Source: Ministeria vibrans ATCC 50519 (taxonomy: Eukaryota > Protista > Filasterea). Taken from it: a stretch of DNA of 64,000 nt. Positions 1-13,810 of this stretch are shown one piece after another. The first letter of the stretch is position 1; each line of letters starts with the position of its first letter. The stretch lies in assembly GCA_943704425.1 (NCBI GenBank), contig CALSCP010001986.1, forward strand, positions 46,599-110,598. Reading direction: 5' to 3'. A program made the translations under genes and the position numbers. Under the pieces are notes generated by a model, which had not been told where the DNA came from, searched no databases, and saw only the letters and a list, made by a program, of their open reading frames with translations.

Positions 1-1852
1 CGAAGATTCTACGCTCGGTCCGATGGGGCGTGCGCGAGGAAATGGAACAAGCGTACACAATGCTGCAGCAATGTCGACCACTGGACCCAGCCGACGCCAT
101 TGCACTGCTGGGGCCCGCCTATCCAGACGCCCTTGTGCGCTCCTTTGCCGTAGGTTGTCTTGCTCAGCTCGAGCCTGACCAGCTCGTCAACTACCTTCCT
201 CAGCTGGTGCAGGCACTCCGTCATGAGATCTACCTTGAGTGCGACCTTGCGAGCTTCCTGCTGACAGAGGCGCTGCAAAACCAAACGGTGGGCCATTACT
301 TCTTCTGGTACCTGCGCGCCGAAATGGACATTGCGCCCGAGTCGCGTGTGCGCTTTGGGCTGCTTCTCGAGGCGTATCTGCGTTCATGCGAGTCTCACTT
401 GGACTCAGTGGTGCTGCAGTGCCGAGCCATGCGCGAATTTGAAGTGGCCGCCGTGTACCTGAAGAGTCTTGATGCGAGCAAAATGAAGCGCCCGGCCATG
501 CTTGCTGCGTTGCGTGACCACCTGCGCGAGCGCACTGTACCGCAAATTGAGCCGTTCCAGCTCCCACACAATCCTGCGGTGGTGGCCGGGCGACTTCGGC
601 CCGACTCATGTCGCTTCTTCTCGAGCAAGAAGCTCCCGCTTTTGCTGGTGTTTGCCAACGACGACCCGTCCGGCTCGGATGTTGTTGCTATGTTCAAGCA
701 CGGCGATGATCTGCGGCAGGACATGCTGTCGCTCCAAATGATCTCTATTATGGACGACCTGTGGCAGCGCCACGGTCTCGACCTCAAGATGTTGCCGTAC
801 AAGGTGCTGTCGACGGGCGACCAGGTGGGACTCATCGAGGTGGTGACCAACTCGACAACCCTGTGTGACATTCAGCTGAGCAAGGGCGGCAAGACGGGTG
901 CGGTGCGCGAGGACCCACTGCGTCGTTGGCTTGAGGAAGTGTGCACGGACGCAGCGGCGCTTGAGCACGCTGTGGATAACTTCACGCGCAGCTGTGCGGG
1001 CTACAGCGTCGCCACGTATGTCATGGGCATCGGCGACCGCCACAACGACAACATTATGATGACGGGCGACGGTCGTATTTTCCACATTGATTTTGGGCAT
1101 TTCCTGGGGCATTTCAAGAGCAAATTTGGAGTGCGACGCGAACGAGCGCCCTTTGTCCATGTACCGGCGTTTGTTTATGTTATTGGTGGAAAGGTACCAA
1201 ATGAGTGATAGGTTTGAGTGTGAGTGAGTAAATGGGTGAGTGTTCTTATTTGGATGATTCACCCTGCTCTTGTTGTTTTTGTTCGTTAGGAGGGCGAGCG
1301 CAGTCCCAAGTACCAGGAGTTTAAGGAGCTGTGTGTCGCAGCGTTTCTTGTGATTCGCCGCAATGCTAATTTGCTACTCAATCTGTTCACTATGATGGTC
1401 TATTCGGGCATTCCTGAGCTTGAGTCCACCCACGACATTGAGTATATGCGTGATATGCTTTTTCTGGATATGGATGAGGTGCAGGCGGGAAAACAGTTTG
1501 ATCAAGTAAGCACCGAGAAAGAAATAAAGTGTGAGAGGAGGGAGAAAGACACAAAGTGTAAAAAAAAGAAACAAACAAAAGAGAGGAGGGAGAAAGTAAC
1601 AAAGTGTGTGGAGAGAGAAACAAAATGTGGAAAGAGAGAAAGGGACAAAGTGATAGAGATAGAGTGGAGGGAGAAATACAAACATCGCGAGAGAGACTCG
1701 GTTCTAAATGGTCGTGTTTTGTGTAGACCATTGATGCTGCTCTGTCGAAGGCGCCGTGGACATGTGCCAACTGGACGGCGCATTTGCTGAAGCACGCCAA
1801 GACGAAACAGCCAAAGAAGGGCAAGAGCGAAGACAACACTGGCGACGATTGA
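1..1852 (+). CDS. Class I phosphoinositide 3-kinase catalytic subunit (p110-like), 3' part; 5' end outside the window
   Basis: Helical and kinase domains: SKKLPL, FKHGDDLRQD, GIGDRHNDN, HIDFG, and a basic class I activation loop FKSKFGVRRERAPF. Exons ..1193, 1290-1505, 1727-1852 joined by GT-AG introns; ends WTCANWTAH...GDD*. Confidence 0.93.
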
Positions 1853-2013
1853 CACACTCCATTACAAGTCCATACTCCTGTACATACAGCCCTTTTTTTC
1901 TTCTTCTATTTGTTATCTTTTTTTCCGCGTCGGAAAGGTTATAAAGATAGAGTGTTGATGCTTCTACTCCTTGACCCATTGCAATTTATTTTTACACACA
2001 CACACTTTGTGGA

Positions 2014-2375
2014 TCAGGCGGCGGTAAAGCCTCCGTCGATGGGCAATGCAACGCCCGTGATCATCGAACTCTTGTCGCTCAGCAGGTAAAGCACCGCGTC
2101 CACAACCTCGTGCACCTCGCCGAATCGTCCGATGGGAAGCCGATCAAGCATTCCTTTGGCCTTGTCGGGATCGCCCCAGGCAACACGACCCATGTCCGTC
2201 ATGATGACGGTGGGATTGACAGCGTTCACTCGAATGTTGTATGGTCCAAGTTCAAGGGCGAGCGAGCGAGTCATCTGGTCCAGAGCACCTTTGCTCGCAC
2301 AATAGACCAAGTGATCTTTGAGTGCTCGCATGGACGCCTGACTGCTCACATTCACAATGGATCCTGACTTTCCCC
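2014..2375 (-). CDS. DCXR: L-xylulose/dicarbonyl reductase (SDR), last exon only
   Basis: [15 protein letters not shown] (YxxxK), [23 protein letters not shown]. The N-terminal Rossmann exons are absent upstream. Confidence 0.85.
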
Positions 2376-2394
2376 CTGTGACAAACAAACAGAC

Positions 2395-2488
<94 letters not shown>
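2395..2488. repeat. (GA)n microsatellite at the PACRGL/DCXR junction
   Basis: Directly visible. Confidence 0.98.
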
Positions 2489-2490
<2 letters not shown>

Positions 2491-2521
2491 GTCAGGCTTG
2501 ACAGAGAGTGACGGTTTGTAC

Positions 2522-2791
2522 CTTTATACCTTTCCGGGCCAAAAAACAATAGGGGTGGCTCGTTTCAACAAGTCCTTCACTCATGGTAACGAGTATAGGA
2601 TCATACGACGCAAGGGAGTCGACCGGCACGTCCCAGCGAAGTGAGTGCTTTACACTTCCGTGTTGAATCTGACAGGGAATCGAGCCCGAAGCGTAAGCGA
2701 CAGCAAACGAGCTCGCACCGCGACCAGGAGCCTTGTGTGTATTGGCTGTGCTTGATGCCTGAAGGCGGGCCGAAGGTTTTGAAGATGACAT
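2522..2791 (-). CDS. PACRGL: PACRG-like protein, first exon only
   Basis: [27 protein letters not shown]...[23 protein letters not shown] matches the PACRGL N-terminal ParcG region. Phase-0 donor AAG|GTACAA at 2522/2521. Confidence 0.85.
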
Positions 2792-2958
2792 AACTTTGTT
2801 GTTCCGCACTTGTTCGTATTAATAATAATAATTATTATTATTACGAGGATGAAGAATACATTATTGATGATAATAATAACAAGATTGATATCCGATCTTT
2901 GACACTGAATTGACCGAGTGCTCACATTTATTTTTTCATCTGCTGCTGTCTCGCTACA

Positions 2959-3053
2959 ATGGAACCCACAGTCGTGTACTACGATCCGGCGGAATACATC
3001 GAAACGGTTCGTTGAGACGTGATGAGAAGAAACGCGTTTCCGTCACCGTTGCC

Positions 3054-3147
<94 letters not shown>

Positions 3148-3760
3148 TTGTGGTCGTCGACAGGGCACCGGTAACGTCGTGAGCCGCTCAGCCTTTCTCG
3201 GGGGGCTGCGCAACATTGCTCTTGCGCGCAAGGCAAGACCCGCCGAGGCTGCTGCTGCTGCTGCTGCTGCCTGCCTGACCCCCTCCCTCCCCTCCGCCCC
3301 CGTAGACGATTGTCCAGAGTGGCTGTGTGCTCCGCGGCGATCTGGCAGCCGTCAAGGTCGGTCTCAACTGCATCGTTTGTCGCGACGTTGTGCTCCGTCC
3401 GCCCTTCAAACGCTTCAAAGGGTACACTACTTCCTGCACCTGTGCCCGCGCCCATCCGTTGTGCTGATATTCTCTTGTGTGTGTCTTCAGCGGCATTGCC
3501 TTTTTGCCTCTGCAAATCGGCGACTTTGTCATGATCGAGGAAGGGGCGGTCGTCAGCGCAGCCCAAGTCGGCTCCTACGTGCACATTGGAAAGAACGCCG
3601 TCATTGTACGCAACACACTAAAACGAAACAAATCAGTCAAATAATACACTTTTGTAGGGCGCTCGCTGTCTCCTCAAAGACTGCTGTAGCATTGCCGAAG
3701 GCGCTGTATTACCACCCGACACAGTTGTGCCCTCGTTTACGCATTTCTCCGGCAATCCAG
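2959..3760 (+). CDS. DCTN5: Dynactin subunit 5 (p25); last exon missing beyond the repeat/gap
   Basis: Spliced reading [16 protein letters not shown]|[23 protein letters not shown]|[19 protein letters not shown]...LRPPFKRF|...[30 protein letters not shown]|[10 protein letters not shown]...[17 protein letters not shown]. Confidence 0.93.
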
Positions 3761-3849
3761 GTCAGAGAAAGAAAGAAAACAGAGAAGAGAAGGGAGAAAA
3801 TAGAAAGAGAGAGAGAAAGAAGGAAGTGTATTTGTATGTTAAGAAAGAG

Positions 3850-4015
<166 letters not shown>

Positions 4016-4128
4016 CCCCCCCCCGTCCTATATTCGATTGCTCTCGTGTCCTTGTTCGACCGAATCACTTAACACCTTCGTTTCGCCGTTTCAAAAACAA
4101 AAAAGAGAGAGAAGAGAAATTCAAAAAG

Positions 4129-7100
4129 GGCGCTCGTTGGAGTATCGGAGCTCTCAAGGACTCACCACTGCTGTGCTTTAGGCAAAACCGACAAGAAAAT
4201 ACCAGCACTGCAGTCCTTTCATTCGGAGATTGCCGTTCTCAATGTGTCCGACGGAGGTAGTCCATGGCGGTCGAGCGTAAACACACACATGTCCTTGGCT
4301 GACTGACGCTTTTCGATTTTGCAGGCTCGCACGTCGTTGCTCTGCTCCACAGCGGCGCTGTGGTACTCTGGTGCCGCGCCACTGACCGGCTCTCTGTTCT
4401 TCCCCCCGCACCCGATTTGCGAGGCTCCGCTGCCACTGTGGTTGACTCGACGGCGCGCGTCTATGCCAGCTGTGACGGAGAGTCGGTGCTGGTGTCGACG
4501 CGTGCTGGTAGGTTCCTTTGGGATGCTACCATGGCCGATCGCCGTGTCGACAGCGAGTCCACGTCCATTTGGTATACAGTGCCGACCAGTGTAGAGTCCG
4601 ACAGTGATGGTGGTGGTGGTGGTGGTGGTGGCGCGCGCTCGGCGACGCCTGTCGCGCCTGAGCCCACCATTGTTGGAGGAGCAATGGAGACGTGTGTGTT
4701 TCGCACGAATGAGACTGACATTGACGGTGGTCGCTCGTGTTGTGTGGTGACTGCGGTGCACACGGGTGTACGCGTACACATTGCCTCCGTCACCGTTCGT
4801 TTCCGAGTTGTACGCTCGTCGGGCAGGGTGGATACCAAGTGGCGCATTGTGCGTGCCTCGTGCGACCGCGAGCATCGTCTGCCCTCAACCGTGGTCAGCT
4901 GTCGATTGTGTTGCGCTTCAGATGGCATTGGGGTGGCACTTGCAGCAAACCTTCAGTCCATGGCTCCGTCGCATCTCTTCCTCTTCTCATCGCGTGTGCA
5001 AAAGGCTCTCACAACCGTGTCGGCCGTGCAGCGGGCCGAACGCCCCTCTCGCAGTCACTGGATCCGCGACATTGTCTTTTTATGCGATGGTCTTCTCTTG
5101 GCGACACTCACCGGAGGCGGCTTGCTGTCGCTGTACACACGCGCTGGCGAGCCACTCATCATTGCCCCAAATGAGCCGCGATTTCTCCCCTCCATTGCGT
5201 GTCCTCTCTTTGGTGCAGCAATTGACGTTGACTTTGTCAGCATGGCCGTGCATCCCGATGGTCGGGAGCTTCTCTGCTGCGATGGTCATAGTACTGTGGC
5301 ACTACGAGTGCGTGACGCACTCGACTCAACCGCCATTGTACGCACGCTCGCCTTGAACACGGCGCAGACGGCGTCGCTGCAGCCCAGCAATGTCTCGTCG
5401 CCGCCATTGGATGTTACCACGGCGCAGTTGGTGCACGCCTGGCGACTCGGCTGTGGCGAGCCGGGTGGTCCCAGCTCCTGTCGTCGCTTGCTCGATTCTC
5501 TGGCACTTGTGGGACAGCTCATCTGCTCCCACGCTTCCAACCCTCCGTCGTCGTCGTCGTCGTCGTCGTCGTTACGCCATCCCGTCAATCACATATTATT
5601 GTTGTTGCGACAACTTCTTTCCGCCAGCATGCTCGCCTCGGCCGACGGTGGCACATTGCCCCTTGTGCTTGACACTATCACGGGTCTCTTCAACGTCTTG
5701 ATTGACTTTCGCGACCCTCTTGCCTGCATGCACTTTTTACGCCATGCGGAACTTGGCCTTCAGTTGCACGTGAGTCACCTGTCATTGCACTCGGCCTCTC
5801 GTCTTCCATCCGCAGCACTCGACTCACCTTCGCGCCCCTCAACGGCCACCTCGTCATCCTTTTTCTCAGCACCAAGCGCCACAGCGGCCCCTCCCGACAC
5901 CAATCTCGTGTCGTTCCCACTCAACGATTCGGTCGATTTTGAGTTTGAGGGTGGGCCGCCGTCGCTGGCATCCATGTCGGGCGATTGGCGTCCCGGCGGC
6001 ATCACAATGCTCGATGAGACCGAAGACGTCGCGCTGCACCGTGCCGACGACAGCAGCGACAACGTTGAGTTTGGTCTGGGCAACTCAGGGCTTGTACCTC
6101 TGGTGCCCGTGTTTCAGCAGCACCACGCAAGTGCAAACGACACAGTTGTGTTGTGTGATGCCGATCAGAACTTGAGTGCCGCCTACAACTACGATCTGTA
6201 CGGCGACGTACGCTGTGCACCCATCATACTCGATGCACTTTGGACGCGTGTTCTGCTCCTGTGCGATGAGCCGTCGCTCAAGAATGATTCCGCGGCTCTT
6301 GCCGTCTCACATCAGATTGCCCATCGACTTCGTCGCAATCACGCTTCGCTGGCAGTCTCGGCGCGCTCAAGCGGTGTGGTAAACGACGTTCTCTTGGGAC
6401 ACGAGGCGATGATGCAGGAGGACGCGCTGGCGGCGGCGGCTTGCTATGCGCGTGCGGGGCCGCAGCATCGCTGGCAGCATATGGCGGCGCTGTTGCTTGC
6501 CTACGACCTACACGGCGCACTTGAGCTGGCCCTTGACTGTGTGAGCGTTGTGGGACTGCGTGCAGGGCGCGAATCCCTACAATGGTGGCAGCCCGAGCTG
6601 GTGGCTCACGCCAGCGACATTCACGCCTATCCTTTTCTGACGGTCAGCGAGACACACTCGGACGCAGCTGCACTGTGTCTGGCTATGCTTGGCGAGACCA
6701 TGGCGTGCTACTTTGAGGATGCTTCGTCACTATGTGTGCCCACTCCTGTCTCCTCACTCATGCCGCAGCTCATGTGTGAAGATGCACGTCGCGCTGTGGC
6801 ACTCTCAGCGTCATTTTCTATGCTCGACCGTCGTCGTGTGACCGCCGCCTGCGTCGCCAATACGACCTTGGAATGTGTATGGACACCTCAGCGCGCTTGT
6901 GAATTATTACTCATTGCCGGAGCTGCGGCACGCGCCGCTCAGTTTGCTGATCGAGTTGGTGCATGGAAGACAGCGCTCGTGGCTGCTCGTGCCTGTCAGC
7001 AAGACCGCCTGGCTCAAGAACTTTTGCAGCGACTGGGCACACGCGCACTCGACACGGGTGACCATGCCCTTCTGGTGGATGTGTGTGAAGCGTGTGCTCG

Positions 7101-10100
7101 CACTGATCTTCTCGCAGTTTGGGCTCGTCTCGTGTCCACCTGTGCCGATCGTCTCGAGTCGGCAGTGCGGTCGTTGCCGCCCAGTGTGCCTGTGGACTTT
7201 TACTTGCCACAACCTCCCATCTATTGCCTCGATGCGGACTCTACGCCCATCGAAACGCTCGTCATTGAGGATGCGCACCAAGTGCCCGTCGACGGTGTGC
7301 TCAATGCGAGCGTTGTCGCGGCAGCCGATCGCGTTGCGCAAATGCAATTGAATGCACGTTCCCAGTCGGCGGCGGCGGCGGCAGCGGCGGCGGCAGCAGC
7401 GGCCGCAGCCGTCGGGACTGTCTCACCCCTATCGGAAGAGGATGAACACGACGCGTTGCACGATGTTGCAGCAGAGACGAACGTTCGCCGTGTCGTCGCC
7501 GGATGGCTACAGCGCACCGTTTTGCTTCTCAATGCGGCAGGACACCTTCCAGGGTTGTGCTATACCCACGCAAGTCAATTGCGCGACGCAAACGGTGGCA
7601 TTGACAACCTTGTGGCGGACTTTCCTCGGGAGCTGGCAACGCTTGCGCAACAAGAAAGCGACCGTGTGGACAGGACCGATCGACTTGACGACACGGAGGG
7701 CAACGATGACATGGGCGGTGCAACCCTGGCTCAGGCGATGGCCAGCAACGCCTTCTCTCTTGTGACACGTGTCGCCTTTTTCATGCACGCTCGTGACACG
7801 GCCAATGTGCGTGTCCGACAGTTTGCAGCGCTTTCAACCTTTGAGCGAGCGACCGCAGCCGCCGAGATTGCTTCGGACTTTTCTCGTCTTCTCTCGTTTC
7901 CCCATCTCGTGGTTACCAACGAAGTGCATCAAGTGGTGTTGGGTTGGCTCGCGCAATCGTCGGCGCTCGACGGCGAAGCGTCCTCTGGTGTTCTGCCTAC
8001 CACCCTGCTTTTGCAGCTCTACGGCGACCCCAACTCCGTTTCCGTCGAGTCACATCCATTGCCCATTCGTGCTGCTCTCCGTCGCGCTCAGCGCCACCTG
8101 GATGCGACGGGGGCGGCTTCGTGCCTTGCCGCACCGCCCCGACCCTTGCCGCTCCCGCGCATGCTCACGTACCTGTGCTTTTGCGAGACGATGTTTCTTG
8201 TGCTTGCGGGGGGTGCTCCCTCAGTGCCTGCTGCCGCTGTTGGACTTCGCCCGGCGCACCGTGTCGCACAGGCCGATGTCACGACCCATGCGCGTCCACA
8301 ACACCCACTGCGCTCGTCCATGTCACAGGGACACCGACGCGCGCTTTTGGCTGCCGCTACTGTTGGCAAGTGGAGCGATCGTCCCACCACACCCATGCGA
8401 GTGTCGTTGGCGCGTCTTGATCGAACCCTCCAAGGCCTCACGGTTGACGGTAACGTTGCCAACGACGAAACTTCTCTCAATGTCTCGACACGTCGCACTG
8501 CATTTTTGCATGTGCCATTGTCGCTCGAGATGGCGCTCAACGCGGCACATTCAACTCGTTCAGTCGTGTCGCACGTATCGCCGCAAAAGGTACTGACGAT
8601 TGCTCCGCTCACGTTTGACGCGGATGAGACCGAATCGCTGCTGGATGCAACGGGTTGCTCTAGGGGCTCCCTGATCTCCTTGAGCAACTCGGACGATGGA
8701 TTTTTGTCGATGCAGGCCATTGTGCAGGTGAAGGGGGAGGTTGAGGCGCCAGGACAGGCGGAGGCCGAGCATGAGACAGCCGCAGACGTGTCCAAGAACA
8801 GCTTTAGTCGCAGTCTTGAGATGACGCTCGACGAACTGTCAGAAGGACCGGCATGCTCGTCGGCTGTCGTTGTGTTGCCATCGCCTTTTCCGCTGCCAGC
8901 ATCGACCGCGCGAGCCGCGTACAACGAGAGCTTTCAGGCTTCAGTTGAGGAGACACTCAATGTCGCAGAAGAAGACGGCAGTGAAACGACGATGGACCAG
9001 AGAGAGCCCTTGTACTACCCGTCGTTGCATACGTACGATGATGCACCTGAACGTGACCTCGTGGCACCCTCGTCGTGCACGAGTTCCGTTGAGGCGTCTG
9101 CTGCGACATCGTTCTCCTCGTCGACGGCACTTTCGTCGCACGCCGATGCTGATCCGCTTGACAACTCCTATCGCCCGACATTGGCATCGACACTAGGGGA
9201 CTCCTCTGTTTGCTTTGATGCCGACGAGGCTGAGACGGAGGGCGAGGCGACGGCGCGACGCGCCGCCTACATTGCAGATGTGCCCATGCCTGTGACTGTG
9301 TCGGAGCGACCACCATCGGCACCTCGACGCGCTCAGGGGTCGACAACGCAGGTGGTTGTGACCGGCGAAACGGAGGGTGGCAACAGTCCTGTCGTTGACC
9401 ATGACGACGATCATGATGGCGACGATGAGAGTCTTGCGTTGGAACTGACAGTGGACGAAGTGAGCTGCCTGGACATGTCCGCGGGGCGGCGGCCTATCTT
9501 GGTTGGAGAAGGAGAAGTAGGAGGAATGGTGACTCCGATGGGCCTGAGTGAGCTTGAGGGTAATACGCACGACGACTACTGTCGTGGCGACTACCACACC
9601 GATGCCGAGGACGATTTGCTCGAGACAACGCTTGCGACACCCGAGGGATCGTACCGGTTCAGTGAGGGCGCAGCGACTCCCGAGCCCTTCTCGCTGAGTC
9701 TCTTCTCAGATCGTCCCGACTCTGTCGCTGCGTCTGCATCGGCGTCTGGCGCGTCATGGCAGCCTGCAACACTTCGCACACGCCCTTCCACGCGACCTGC
9801 ATCCTCGGCTCGCAGGAGTGTGTTGCGCACAGGCAGTGCCCCGTCCATGACGGCCACTGCGCCACTTGGACCGACAATGCTGACGGGCGACGACTGGGAG
9901 CGTGAACTACAGCAAGCCAATGCAACCACCTTGCGTGATATTGTGCGTCAGCAACACTCCGCATTGATGGGTCTTCTCACACTCAATGGGGCGGTTGTAT
10001 CCGCGCCAGCTTCTCAGCTACGATCCCAGACACGACCGTTCACTCCTACCACAGCACCAGCACCGCTACCATCGACAACGGCTGCTCACGATCATCTTCA

Positions 10101-11715
10101 TCTTCTTCGCTCCCCTGTCACATCACACATGGGTGCCCACGACGACAGCATGCCGCCTCCTTTGCTTGTACGTCGACCACCTGCCGCCTCTGTGTCCATC
10201 TCAGACCCGCGTTCCGGCTCCTCCTCTGGTCAAGACGAGTGTCCTGCTAATGGACCACCGCTGCTCCATCGACCGACTTTGTCTGCCGCTCGGCCACCTC
10301 TCCTTCGACCAGCACACGAACCCCGTATGCATTCGTCTGCCATTGTCGACAACGACATGCCTCTCTTGCGTTTGCCATCACGACGGCGCCACGAAGTAGG
10401 ACAGGCTCCACAGTCGTTTCAGTCCAGTCGTGACGACCTCTCTTTGCGACCCCGTGCCGAGTTTGCCTTTGTTCCGCCTCCCGTAGTCTCGAGGCACGTT
10501 CCCCTTGTCGTTGGTCAGGGGGGCCGGGCGCGTCGGGCGCGTCGGGCCCATCGCCGTCTTTTCTACCCGACACACACGGCTGTCGTGTACACTGCAACCA
10601 AAAGCGCGCCCATGCCCACGCCAGAGGGGTCACCACCGCCAGTTGCAACGAGGCGTGTTGTCACAGTGGACTCTGCCACATCACCGATTCGTTATGAGGC
10701 GAAACGTGCTGTTATGGCAACACAAACTGCCCCAGAACAAGTGTCCGTGGCACAGAACACTTGCATTGATACGTGTCACTCGGCGACACAGACGCACATC
10801 GCGCGCACCATCGTCGAAAGTGTACAGACGGAAGAAGAGCCAGTGCGTGTCAGTGCGAGTGTAACACAGACATCGACAAGGGAGACAGGTCCTGTGGCGA
10901 CACTGGCTGGACTCCACGTTGTACCGGGAGTGCTCCCACCTGCACTTGTTTTTGACGATGCAACCACCTCAACCGCTGAGGGTCTTGTGGGCGTTGCCGA
11001 TCTCGACGGAGGTGAGCTTGTATGCCAGGCGATTGCGCAGGTACCCTTTGGCGGTCGGGAGGAGAAACAGGTGCAGGGACAGGCAATTGGAGGAGATCCT
11101 GTGACAGACGCACTCTTGGAACTGACTTTGGTTGGTCGCGAAGGAGATGATGAAGAGGAGGAGGAAGAGGAGGAGGAGGAGGATGAGCAGCTGGCGCAGC
11201 AGGAATCTGTATCGCTGTCGCGCCTGGAGGACCGACTGGCACACTTGAATGCGCTGTGTCGTGCACTAGAGCAACCTGATGAAGATGATGTGGAGGTGCA
11301 TGAGCCAGACGGGCCGCCTCTTTTGGAGGAGATGGACTCGTTTCAGTTGGCTAACGACGAGAATGACGGAGTGTCCGTTGTAAGTGCGCAGTCTGCGGCT
11401 TTGTCGGTCGGTGGCAGCAGCAGCAGCAGCATCAGTGGCGGTGGACAACCCGCTGTCACGCGTGCGCCGTTTCAGGTCGTTGATGTGGACGTGGTGTACA
11501 CGCACAACCACCCAACTGGCAGTGGTGAAAAGGGACGCAACGCAAAGTGGCTTCCGACGACTGCGCGAGGGACTCCGACCTCTGGATCGCCGCATGCCGA
11601 GCGCCGTCGTCAAATGCACGAGCAGCACACACGTGCACGTCTCAGTCAGGCCCAGCACCTGATGGACGGCATCCTGCACGCCCATCACATCGACATGACC
11701 GTACTTCCTCTCTAA
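4129..11715 (+). CDS. CPLANE1: CPLANE1/JBTS17-like ciliogenesis scaffold (about 2500 aa; start codon not seen)
   Basis: Upstream exon GKTDKKIPALQSF...|SHVVALLHSGAVVLW resembles CPLANE1 GKIKKKIPSLQPF...GVLTTGELFLW. Also WTPQRACELLLIAG...RVGAWKT and FYLPQPPIYC. Intron 4257-4324, then one 7.4-kb exon with a disordered C-terminal half. Confidence 0.8.
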
Positions 11716-11851
11716 CTATTATTATATTACATTATTATTTATTTCTATTTATATTATAGCTATTCAAGTACAATAAAAATGGCTGTCATTATTTATTTGA
11801 ATCGTTGGTTGTGATGATGGAGTGATGATAGTACAACATCTTGCAATAATC

Positions 11852-13810
11852 TTACTGCGGCACTCGAATGGTCAGGCGAAAGGAGAGCTGCGTGACAATC
11901 TTCTGATCGTTTTGAGAGGTACCCTCAAGATTCACGGTAAACTCTGGTGCACTAATTGATATAACTTTGTAAGGAAGAGGCGGACAGTTCAATGCTGATA
12001 GTTGCGTACCCACTGGCGTCAATGGCGGTAAAGCGCACGACATCTTCGTGTGAGCCTAACGGCACATTTAGCTTCTCGGTGAGCTGGTGAACAAGATCGC
12101 GAGCAGACTGGACACCCTGCAGTGCCTGGCCAACCGATGTTGACGCTGTGCTGTCGCGCATGCGCTGCTGGTGAATGCTTTCGGTGACAGTGCCGGCCGC
12201 ACTGACCATCGACAGGAACTGCTCTTTGCTCTTCCTCCACTGGTCCGGGTGGATCGCACTGAGCTGCACCGCAAACGGCAGTGGCCGGTCACTGGGCCAC
12301 TTCCCTGTAAAAACAACGACATTTTGGACTCCGAGCACATCGACAAGCTGGCTTGCGCCATGCGCGAGAGGCGCACGAAACTCAAAGGTGTGCTCAAGGG
12401 CAGAGCCCACTCCAAACACAGTGCGAAAGGATGCCTCAAAGTCGTCGAGGACGTACGCCTTTGCATCAAAGTGATCACTGAAGAGTGTCGAGTTGATGTG
12501 CATTGCTTGCAGCACTACCGTGATGTGGATAGTGTGCGTGTCAATGGATTGGAGCAGCGCGTGCTGCCGTCGCAGTCCCTCGAGCGTGCTCTGGCTCTGT
12601 GCCACCAATGTTAACGCTGGTCCCCCATCCGCCTCCTCACATACAGTACTAGCTGTACTAGCATCGTTGCATAGTGCGCTGAGGAACGCTCGTTCGGCTT
12701 CGCGCATACGCGTGTCAAGACGCTCGCATGCGGCGCGCTCCCTTGCTCGTTGTTGGAGTGCCCTCAAATTTGCGCAAAAGGACTCGTCCGCATGTGACGG
12801 CGCATCAGCCGCAATGCCGTCACATGGCCCTGTTCCGCGCTCGACTGCAATGACAATGCGGATTCCAGCTGTTCCCTCGACATGCAGCAATGGCGGAGCT
12901 TTTATCGACGTTGACGCCGCGCATGTCGTTGACTTGCGGGTTGGTCTGTCCCACCTTTGAATTGTGTACACCCTCTCGTAATTGGTGTTGATTGACCCAA
13001 AGTATTCCATCTCGATGTCATCGTGCATGCAGTCAATCCCCAACTGAACTGCATTTGCCGCCCCCTGTAACGCCGCCTTGCCTGCCACACCGTATTGGGG
13101 AACAACGCCAGCGACACTCGAAAGACGCTCAAGCATGCGACGGACTTTCGCAGCCTGCACGGAGCGGTCCACCTCCGACACGACCAGAGAAAGTCCGACA
13201 TGTCCAGCACTCTCCCCAAAGAACAGTTGCTTGTCACGAAATTTTTGAGGGCTTTTCAATTCGACTGGAACTGTCGGGCGTGTGGCACTATTCCCTGCGA
13301 TATATATATAAATGAAAAGCTCAAAAAACATCATATGATTGATAACAATAATATTGTCAGGCAATTACCTCCACAAGCTGCGGAAAGAATCCACGAGGCG
13401 CAGCCGGCACGGAGATGGTCAGGCACGTTGGCTTGGTAAAGAAAGTTTTTCTCGGCAGTCGACACTTTTGCTTTGAAGACGCCTTCGAATCTCTGATCGA
13501 GATCTCGAGAATAGAGCGCTCTTAAATCGAATTCGCGCAACACTACGCGTACATAGCCACCTTTGAGCGAATCTCCACGCGGAGACTCGTTGCAAGTGAC
13601 TCGCACTGTGGTCGAAAGGTCGTCAATCAAACCGCCGCGAAAAAGCGCACTTGATGTGTGTATTGCGCGATCAGCCGACTCCACATCATGATCATGCATA
13701 TGTAGAGTACTAGTAGGTGGACTTGTCACCGTACAAACAGGCTCCTCGACCTCAGCCGGCGCAACTCGATTGTGGTGGCGACGTTGCACTGGCGAGTTGG
13801 GCGTTGCCAT
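11852..13810 (-). CDS. Hypothetical protein (about 600 aa), beta-rich, possibly C2-like segments around a coiled coil
   Basis: ORFs 13331-13810 and 11952-13364 join in frame through GGA G|GTAATT...CAG|GG AAT. The C-terminus may continue into the 11852 frame by a 1-nt frameshift. Confidence 0.6.

Noticed and set aside
1930-2016. DCXR readthrough extension
   Set aside because: It ends in LSL with no readthrough context.
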